A stretch of DNA of 11,188 nucleotides, taken from contig JBDGSJ010000001.1 of the NCBI GenBank assembly GCA_042217585.1, positions 10,093 to 21,280 on the forward strand. The letters run 5' to 3'. The notes beneath the pieces were generated by a model that saw only the letters and a program-made list of their open reading frames with translations, was not told the origin of the DNA and did not search any database. The position numbers were made by a program, and so were the translations under genes. Below, piece by piece: positions 1-6,552 of the stretch. The DNA is from Candidatus Nanohaloarchaea archaeon (lineage in GTDB: Archaea; Nanohalarchaeota; Nanosalinia; Nanosalinales; Nanosalinaceae). Position 1 is the stretch's first letter. Each line of letters starts with the position of its first letter.

Positions 1-1296
1 TCAGTATGCGAGAAGTCCGAGGTCCCATCTCTGGATGTGGTACTGGTCGAGCCTGAAGCTTTCCCTGTACTGGCGGTCTCCGTAGGCTTCTCCTCCTGAT
101 ACGCCTGCGATGCTCTGGACCGGTCCGTATCCGCCGTTGCTCCAGTAGACGTATCCGACGTTGGATTCGTCGGTCCTCCTGAGCTGTGGAGGTATCTCTC
201 CCTTGTTCATTATCATCTGGAGGCCGTTTTCCCCGTTCGAGGCCTGGAGCTCGTTGTTCAGTCTTTCCAGGAAGCCGGGTCCGGGCTGTGGACCGGTGGA
301 GTTCATGTAGCATCCTGTGTCGACCATCTTCCTTATGTTGGACTGCCAGACCATCTGGTCGTAAAGTATGAGGTCCATGCCGTCGTTTACAGGTCCTATG
401 GTGCCGGTGTCGAAGATGTACTTGGTGTCGTAGTCCCCTGGGCTGGTCCCTGACTGTCCACCTCCAGGCGGTCCTCCGCCTCCGGTGGGAACTCCCTGAG
501 CCGAGACAAGTCCGGCGAACTGGTTTATGGAGCCGAGTTGGTCCGGTACGTAGGGTGCGACGCTGTCCGTCACGAGTATCTTCTGGCTCTTGTTGTTTAT
601 CTGTGAGAGGTCGGCGGAGTCGGCGGTCCTGACCTCTGCTTCGCCGTAGGTGGACCCGGAGTTGTACTGCGTGCCGTTGACGAGGTTTCTGGCGGGCTGG
701 TTGAAGCTGCATGTTTTGAATGTGTTGACGTATCTTCCTTCGGACCTCATCAGGAGCATCGGGTCCTCCAGTCCCTCGATGGATACGGTCTGGTGGTAGT
801 CCGGATGGTTCTCGAACCGGGCTCTGCTGACTGGGTCGTACAGTGCGGATGTCACGTTCATCCCTGCTGAGACCTTCATGTAGCTGTCCTGGAAGTCGAT
901 GTCGGTGTAGTTCAGGTAGAGACGGTACCGGGAGCTGAGGGCGGCTTCCTTCACCCGGGACCTCCATTCGTAGAGGGATGCGTTCTCGGTTTCGTTCAGC
1001 TGGTATCCTGATATAGAGGCGTTGAGGATGGCTTGTGCAAGTTCCGGTCCGGAGACAGGGTTCCCTGTTTCCGCTACGTAGTTGACCGCGGCGGAGGTAC
1101 CCCGGTTCAGTGCTATGCTGAACGCTCTCGGGACGTCGACCTCGACCCTTTCAAGGTAGAATGAGGCCTGTCCTATCCGGAAAGGGGTCTCGCGGGAGGT
1201 GTAGTCGGTGGATACCGTCACCATGGCTGAGAGAACCACCAGTATGCTGACCGCGACGAGTATGAACGTGGTGTAGACGAATCCTTTCCTATTCAT
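1..1296 (-). CDS. Class III signal peptide protein (large minor pilin-like subunit), 431 aa
   Basis: N-terminus MNRKG|FVYTTFILVAVSILVVLSAMV gives basic residues, a Gly cleavage site and a hydrophobic helix. Many N-x-S/T sequons. The ATG overlaps the upstream gene's TAG (8-nt overlap, ATGAATAG). Stop TGA at 1-3. Confidence 0.8.
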   Translation of the reverse strand: MNRKGFVYTTFILVAVSILVVLSAMVTVSTDYTSRETPFRIGQASFYLERVEVDVPRAFSIALNRGTSAAVNYVAETGNPVSGPELAQAILNASISGYQLNETENASLYEWRSRVKEAALSSRYRLYLNYTDIDFQDSYMKVSAGMNVTSALYDPVSRARFENHPDYHQTVSIEGLEDPMLLMRSEGRYVNTFKTCSFNQPARNLVNGTQYNSGSTYGEAEVRTADSADLSQINNKSQKILVTDSVAPYVPDQLGSINQFAGLVSAQGVPTGGGGPPGGGQSGTSPGDYDTKYIFDTGTIGPVNDGMDLILYDQMVWQSNIRKMVDTGCYMNSTGPQPGPGFLERLNNELQASNGENGLQMIMNKGEIPPQLRRTDESNVGYVYWSNGGYGPVQSIAGVSGGEAYGDRQYRESFRLDQYHIQRWDLGLLAY

Positions 1297-4200
1297 CCCA
1301 TACCACCAGCCTCAGGTTCGCAGGTCCCCACAGGTAGGGTTCGTCGCCGAGGACCTGGTTGGAGTATTCGTAGTCGTCGGAGTCTATCTCGATTATGGGC
1401 TGTCCGTCGCCGTCGAAGTCCAGCGAGTTGTTCAGTCTTCTTCTGGCGTCCTCCCTTGCGGCCTCCGCCGTCGGGAACAGGTCCCCGTATCCTACAGAGT
1501 TCGGTATCTGGAGAGTGTAGAATACCCTGTTCGCGGGGCTTCCGCCTGCGAGTTCTCCCTCTCCTGTTATAGTGTTCATGCGGACCGCGTTCACGCCTAC
1601 CTTGATCTGGTCCTCCGGTATGTTTACGTCGAAGGGATCTCCGAGGGCCTGGAAGTTGGAGCCGTAGTCGGACAGGTTGAAGACTGTCTTGAAAGTGCCG
1701 CTGCCGTTTACCTGGACGGTGTAGGTCCACCTGTTGCCGGAGTACGAGGTGGCGGTGGCGGATTCGACCTCGGTTCCCTCGGGCACCCTGAATGCTGTGC
1801 CGTTCGGGATGGTGAAGGTGGCCTGCTGAGGTGATTCGACCTGGCCTCCGAAGGTCCCGGCGTTCCTCCGCAGCTTTATCTTCCCGAACTCCAGTCCCTC
1901 GGGGTCGGTGTAGTTGAAGCTGAGGTATGAGTCCGGGTAGAGGACTGTTCTCCTGGTCCTGTTGCCTGTCTTGGTCTGTCCGACGTAGGATGACTGGAGT
2001 ATCTTGTTGCTGATCTTTCGGAAGACGCTTGCAAGGTTGGAAGTGTTGGCAGGGTAGTACTTTCCTCCCCCGCACTCTGCTATCCTTCTCATTATCTCGT
2101 CGTTGGCGTCGCCGAACCCGACCGTGTACACGGTTATCCTGTGGTTTTCCTGGGCCCTGCACGCCGCCTCTATCGCGTGGTCTACCGGTCCTATGGGATC
2201 GAAGAACCATCCGTCGCCGTCGTAATGATTGGGTACATTGGTCATCGAGGTCTCTACGTTCGGGGCTCCATCTGACATCACCACCATGGACCTCTTCCTC
2301 CTCTCGGTCAGGTTCAGGGAGGCGTCGAAGGAGGCGTTTGACGCAGCCACCGGATAACCTACGCTTATCTGCTCTATCCGGGGTGTGTCCTTCTTCGTGT
2401 AGGTCCGCAGGAAGGCCGTTACGTTGACTGTCTGGGAGTCAGGCACCTGGTTTATTGTGTCGTAGGTCTCGCCGCCTGTCGAGAAGTTGAGCTGGACTCC
2501 GGTACCCCCTGGCAGTTCGCCTATGATATTGGCATCCGTCCAGTTGACCGTCTCTCCGGCGTCCACCTGCTGGAAGTAGCTGCCGTTCCCGTAGGCTGGG
2601 GAGTCAATGAAGACTGAGTAGTCCTCCACTTCTGTGAGGCTGTCACTGCTCTGCGGGTCAGTGTGGTAGCCGCCTTCCTGGCCCATGACTCTCATTATTG
2701 TGCTGCCGTTTTCCGCTCCCTCCGGGACCTTCAGGACCGTGGAAACGGTGCAGGGGTTGGAGTTACAGCTTCCTATCTCTGTGACGTTCTCGTCAAGTAT
2801 ACTGTTCCCGTTCCAGTCAAACGCCACGGTGGCGTAGGCCGTCGGATTGGAGAAAAGGCCGGTTCCTGGGTGTAGAGTCACGTTTATCCTGTACTTCTTC
2901 CCGGGGATGAGCGGTTCCGATCTCCTATCAGTCGCGTCAAGGTAGCCGCCGTTGTTCCCGGAGCTGTGGTCTATGGGTGTGAACTCCACCTGGTTCTGGG
3001 CGTTGCTGAATGAGACCGCGTCGATGTATGTCTCGTAACCCCCGAAGAATCCTCCGCGGCTGGTGTCTCCGCTTATCTGAGTGTAATTTGTCGCGTCCAC
3101 GTTTACACCGCTGTCGAACTGGGGCAGGAGCTGGAGCCTGCTTTCCGAGACGGTTGTATCGCTGAAGAAGCCGTTCCACCCCTGTTCGCTGTTTATCCTC
3201 AGTCTCTCGGTGTCGTTCTCTCTGTTCTTCAGTCTCACCGCCAGTACGTTCGTGCCTTTCTGGAGGGGCGACCCTGAGAACGAGAACTCTCTGTTCCAGT
3301 ACAACCCCTGGTGGTAGTTCGTGCCGTTGTAGACGAGCTCTCCGTTAAGGTAGACGTCCGCAGCCCCGTTCGTGTTCAGCCATATGAACGGGTCATAGAA
3401 ACTGTGGTTCAGCGTGAACTCCCTGCGGAAGTAGACCGAGCCGTTGAACTGTCCGAGGTCCGTCCCTGTGAACCGTGCAGAGCCCGTGTTCCAGGACGAG
3501 TCGTCGTAGCCAGGTGAGGCCCAGTCGCCCGGAGGTTCTGAATCCCTGAAGCTCGTGTTGTAACTCCACTGGCCTCCACGGGGCACGGTGTTGAGTACCG
3601 GGGTTCCCGCCGTGAGCACGTCTGTCGCCTCAAGTATTCCGCAGCCTATACACGTATTGCCGTTAGCCGTCTGGCTCTCTATCATCTGCCTGAGCGAGGT
3701 CCCGTTCCTGGTGAGCGGGTGTGTGTCCACCACGGTGTCGCTGTAGCTGACGAATCCTGCCCGGTTTCCGTCGGCCTTGAGTATTATGTCCACGAAGAGT
3801 TTTGAGGCGTTCTTTGCCTGTGCCAGCCGGTCTCCCTGCATGCTTCCGGAGACGTCCATCACGGATACCGAGTCCGCGATGGCGCTTCTCGTCCCTTCCT
3901 CTCCGCTTATGTTGCCTACCCCTATCCTCAGCGGAACCGTCACGTTCTCTATGTCGTCAAATCCGAGTCCTGCGTCCTGGAGTTCCTGCCTTATCTCGGA
4001 GCTTGTAAGCCTTATTCTTCCCTCGCCGTCCAGTCTCCGGCTGTAGAGCTCGGTTCCTGCGGCTCTCAGGAACACAGTCCTGTTGTCGACCCGGTAGTGA
4101 AGGTTCGCGGCCATCTCGTTCAGGTCTCCAGGAACGTAGAAACTGTCGTAGTAGTTTATCGTCCCGTATATCCCGGGAAGGCGTTTTTTCCTGATGTAGT

Positions 4201-5098
4201 TCGGTCCTGTACCACCCACGAACGACGTGGTGCTGTACTCGGTCCTTATCACTCCTCCTCTTATGCTCCTGTTGCCGCTGCTGAAGATAAACGTGACGTT
4301 GTTCGAGCCCGACTCCAGCCCCTGGCACAGGGAGGTCCTGTTCTCCGTGGAGCAGACCAGGTACCTCTCAACGGTCAGGTTTGAGCCGGTCCGTGGCTGG
4401 AAGCTGGCGTCCGTCATCGCCTCCTGGCCGTTGACGTACAGGTCGAACGGACTGGTCACGTCCATCTTCATGGTGAAGTTCCTGATGCGGTCCACGTTCT
4501 CAAGCGAGATGTTGTAGGTTATCATCCCCTGGCCGACGTAACCCCCTATGAACGTCCTGTCGGTCCTGTTCTTCTCGTATGACCTTATCAGCGCTCTCGC
4601 CCTGTAACCGGATGAACTCCTGTTAACCCGGTGGCCGGAGACCAGCGTTGACGCGACCGTGACTATCCTCGGAGAGCCCTCCATCCTTGAAGTGTTGTAG
4701 ACTCTTCCGGCGTTCCTGGCTCCGCGGAAGTAGACCGCGTACTCGTACCTGTCGGGTATCTTTGAGTCGAAGTAGCGGCGGGAGAGATTGGCCGCCGCGG
4801 TCCGGTTGCCTTTCGCCCAGAGCAGTGATATACCGTTAAGGACCGACCGGTTCATCGCCTCGTCATCGACCGACGGCTCCAGGTAGTTCACAAGAGAGCT
4901 GTTCAGCGAGTTCAGGTCCTCCACTGATGCCAGGTTGACGGCGTCCCGGGCGATGATGCTTATGTCGCGGTACTGGGTGGTGTCGGTCGTGAAGTCCGTG
5001 GAGGCGTTCTCGGATATCTGGGAGACCAGTGCGAACGCTCCCACCATGACGATGAGAGCCATTATGGAGTCGAACGAGAAGTAGAATCCTTTCCTCAT
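1289..5098 (-). CDS. Large class III signal peptide protein with split vWA domain, galactose-binding-like and GEVED-like domains; putative pilus tip adhesin, ~1269 aa
   Basis: Start placed at ATG 5098 (MRKG|FYFSFDSIMALIVMVGAFALV), with GGAGG 8 nt upstream and 2 nt after the previous stop. MIDAS DVSGS at 3842-3856, NGNTCIGCG Thr at 3653-3655, VVMSDG Asp at 2270-2272, and a later vWA strand ITVYTVGFG. EVEDY motif at 2618-2632. DFDGDG near the C-terminus. Confidence 0.85.
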   Translation of the reverse strand: MRKGFYFSFDSIMALIVMVGAFALVSQISENASTDFTTDTTQYRDISIIARDAVNLASVEDLNSLNSSLVNYLEPSVDDEAMNRSVLNGISLLWAKGNRTAAANLSRRYFDSKIPDRYEYAVYFRGARNAGRVYNTSRMEGSPRIVTVASTLVSGHRVNRSSSGYRARALIRSYEKNRTDRTFIGGYVGQGMITYNISLENVDRIRNFTMKMDVTSPFDLYVNGQEAMTDASFQPRTGSNLTVERYLVCSTENRTSLCQGLESGSNNVTFIFSSGNRSIRGGVIRTEYSTTSFVGGTGPNYIRKKRLPGIYGTINYYDSFYVPGDLNEMAANLHYRVDNRTVFLRAAGTELYSRRLDGEGRIRLTSSEIRQELQDAGLGFDDIENVTVPLRIGVGNISGEEGTRSAIADSVSVMDVSGSMQGDRLAQAKNASKLFVDIILKADGNRAGFVSYSDTVVDTHPLTRNGTSLRQMIESQTANGNTCIGCGILEATDVLTAGTPVLNTVPRGGQWSYNTSFRDSEPPGDWASPGYDDSSWNTGSARFTGTDLGQFNGSVYFRREFTLNHSFYDPFIWLNTNGAADVYLNGELVYNGTNYHQGLYWNREFSFSGSPLQKGTNVLAVRLKNRENDTERLRINSEQGWNGFFSDTTVSESRLQLLPQFDSGVNVDATNYTQISGDTSRGGFFGGYETYIDAVSFSNAQNQVEFTPIDHSSGNNGGYLDATDRRSEPLIPGKKYRINVTLHPGTGLFSNPTAYATVAFDWNGNSILDENVTEIGSCNSNPCTVSTVLKVPEGAENGSTIMRVMGQEGGYHTDPQSSDSLTEVEDYSVFIDSPAYGNGSYFQQVDAGETVNWTDANIIGELPGGTGVQLNFSTGGETYDTINQVPDSQTVNVTAFLRTYTKKDTPRIEQISVGYPVAASNASFDASLNLTERRKRSMVVMSDGAPNVETSMTNVPNHYDGDGWFFDPIGPVDHAIEAACRAQENHRITVYTVGFGDANDEIMRRIAECGGGKYYPANTSNLASVFRKISNKILQSSYVGQTKTGNRTRRTVLYPDSYLSFNYTDPEGLEFGKIKLRRNAGTFGGQVESPQQATFTIPNGTAFRVPEGTEVESATATSYSGNRWTYTVQVNGSGTFKTVFNLSDYGSNFQALGDPFDVNIPEDQIKVGVNAVRMNTITGEGELAGGSPANRVFYTLQIPNSVGYGDLFPTAEAAREDARRRLNNSLDFDGDGQPIIEIDSDDYEYSNQVLGDEPYLWGPANLRLVVWDE

Positions 5099-5100
5099 TT

Positions 5101-5610
5101 TCAGGGCCTCCACAGGATGTACTTGAGTTCTCCAGGTTTTATTCCCGACGGCTTCTCCACCAGGACGTTCCTGTTTATGACGATGACAGTGTCCGCGGTC
5201 CCCGGAGGCGCCCGGCCGTAGAGCGCGGGTTCACCTGCTATGGTCATCGGGGCCCCGCCGGATGTTATCCTGATCTGGAAGTTGGCTGCCTGCATTACGT
5301 TGCTCTGCCGGGAGTAGGTCATGTTCGCGAACTCGGTTATCTTCCTGACCGAGAGGACGTTCTGCCTGACCGCGAATCCCGGCATCGTGACGTTCACGGC
5401 CCGGTCCTCCCAGTCATCCGGGTATCCCTCGGTCGTGACCAGGAACGCCGCGGTCCTCCTCGCATCCTTCCTCATCTCCTCGGCCCCCGCGAACCTGTTG
5501 TCCGTCTGGACCAGGGTGTTCCAGGACATGAAGAAAGCCGCGACCAGGAAGCCGAAGACCGCTATGCTGGCGGTGAAGTCCGACATGAAGAACTGACCCT
5601 TACTGTCCAA
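5101..5610 (-). CDS. Class III signal peptide protein (minor pilin-like), 169 aa
   Basis: TTG start overlapping the upstream stop by 11 nt. MDSKG|QFFMSDFTASIAVFGFLVAAFFMSW prepilin-like N-terminus. Contains TEGYPDDW and ends in a beta-strand-like LKYILW. Confidence 0.8.
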   Translation of the reverse strand: MDSKGQFFMSDFTASIAVFGFLVAAFFMSWNTLVQTDNRFAGAEEMRKDARRTAAFLVTTEGYPDDWEDRAVNVTMPGFAVRQNVLSVRKITEFANMTYSRQSNVMQAANFQIRITSGGAPMTIAGEPALYGRAPPGTADTVIVINRNVLVEKPSGIKPGELKYILWRP

Positions 5611-6013
5611 CGATGAACACCCTGTTCGATCCTCCGGTCCTGTTGTTCACCACTTTCAGACGGCTGAAGTCCTCCGTACTGAACTCTATACTCCTTCCCT
5701 CGTAGAAAGTGTCCTCGGTAGCGAAGCTGCCTCCCCAGCCCACGTACACCGTGCTGTTCGCCACAGAAATATTGTAGGTTCTGCCGGCTATACTCCGGGC
5801 TATGTAGAACTTGCGCGAGTAGCCGTTTCCCTGGACGAGAGCCATCTCCACGTTGAAGGCTATAGTCTCGGCGACCTCATCCCCAATCTTCTGGTTCCTC
5901 ATCTCGTTCACCGCGGACTGCTTCTGGGCCACTATACCCAGAAGGATCGCCATCATAAGGGCCGAAAGACCTATCATGAAGAAGAACTCCAGTGAAGCCT
6001 GTCCTTGCCTCAT
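5600..6013 (-). CDS. Class III signal peptide protein (type IV pilin-like), 137 aa
   Basis: MRQG|QASLEFFFMIGLSALMMAILLGIV has Gln+1, Glu+5 and a hydrophobic helix. Strong SD GGAGGTG at 6021-6027. Starts 1 nt after the upstream stop. Confidence 0.88.
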   Translation of the reverse strand: MRQGQASLEFFFMIGLSALMMAILLGIVAQKQSAVNEMRNQKIGDEVAETIAFNVEMALVQGNGYSRKFYIARSIAGRTYNISVANSTVYVGWGGSFATEDTFYEGRSIEFSTEDFSRLKVVNNRTGGSNRVFIVGQ

Positions 6014-6014
6014 C

Positions 6015-6446
6015 TCAGTTCACCTCCGTTATGTTTACCTGTCCTCTCCAGGCGAAGACCGTCACCCTGCCGCTCTCGGTCGGTAGACCGTCCGGAGCGG
6101 ATATATTGGTGTTGAAGACCCTTGTCAGGTTCACCCTGTCGGATCCCCTCCTGACCGTGTAGACCACCGCGGTGTCCTGTATTACCTGTGCGCCGGTCAC
6201 GCTGTCCGGGAGGTTCACGAGGAAGGTCCTCCGCGCAGGCGCTCCCGATACGCTCACTGTGTTTACGGCTTCCTGCATCCGGTCCAGCGATTTCTGGAGG
6301 GTGGTTATCTCCTGGGTCTGCTGGATGTTGACGACGGACCTCTGGGCCGCGAGTATGAACGGTGTGGAGACAGCTATGGCTATACCTACCACGAGGAAGA
6401 ACTCGAGGGATGACTGTCCCTTGCTGGTGAGAAATCTTCCGCTCAC
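6015..6446 (-). CDS. Class III signal peptide protein (type IV pilin-like), ~143 aa, first gene of operon
   Basis: SKG|QSSLEFFLVVGIAIAVSTPFIL has Gln+1 and Glu+5. Start reassigned to the in-frame GTG at 6446, because the ORF-track start (6680) overlaps ppsA head-to-head and a minus-strand TTTTAA box lies 27-32 nt upstream of 6446. Confidence 0.8.
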   Translation of the reverse strand: MSGRFLTSKGQSSLEFFLVVGIAIAVSTPFILAAQRSVVNIQQTQEITTLQKSLDRMQEAVNTVSVSGAPARRTFLVNLPDSVTGAQVIQDTAVVYTVRRGSDRVNLTRVFNTNISAPDGLPTESGRVTVFAWRGQVNITEVN

Positions 6447-6470
6447 GTTAACATTTTGGGCGACCCTTCG

Positions 6471-6478
6471 AGTTAAAA
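6471..6478 (-). promoter_or_regulatory. Putative archaeal TATA box for the pilin-like operon (leaderless)
   Basis: Minus-strand TTTTAACT 25-32 nt upstream of GTG 6446 in an AT-rich intergenic region. Confidence 0.55.
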
Positions 6479-6480
6479 CC

Positions 6481-6523
6481 AACAGGTGAGAGCCTTTTCC
6501 ACCTCTCGATGGTAACACCTGTT
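6481..6523. repeat. Inverted repeat AACAGGTG-N27-CACCTGTT between divergent TATA boxes
   Basis: Perfect 8-bp arms at 6481-6488 and 6516-6523, read directly from the sequence. Confidence 0.6.
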
Positions 6524-6529
6524 TTATAT
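6522..6529 (+). promoter_or_regulatory. Putative archaeal TATA box for ppsA (leaderless)
   Basis: TTTTATAT 24-31 nt upstream of ATG 6553; no SD before the start. Confidence 0.65.
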
Positions 6530-6552
6530 GGCGAGTTACCGATGTTTTTAAT

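Noticed and set aside
1293..2210. 305-aa alternative-frame ORF and other Arg-rich ORFs within the adhesin
   Set aside because: Shadow frames of a GC-rich coding sequence, with no recognisable motifs.
2296..3610. Insert in the vWA domain as an intein or recently acquired foreign DNA
   Set aside because: No intein splice-junction pattern (N-terminal Cys/Ser with C-terminal His-Asn) or LAGLIDADG motif. Spot checks of GC varied line to line (about 45-65%) with no consistent shift.
5099..5113. GTG start at 5113 for the adhesin
   Set aside because: ATG 5098 has a well-spaced GGAGG, follows the upstream stop by 2 nt, and gives a typical short MRKG prepilin leader.
6500..6552. Haloarchaeal TrmB site (TACT-N7/8-GAGTA type) upstream of ppsA
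   Set aside because: TrmB regulates ppsA in haloarchaea, but no match to this motif is present; only a loose TAAC...GAGTTA with much longer spacing.
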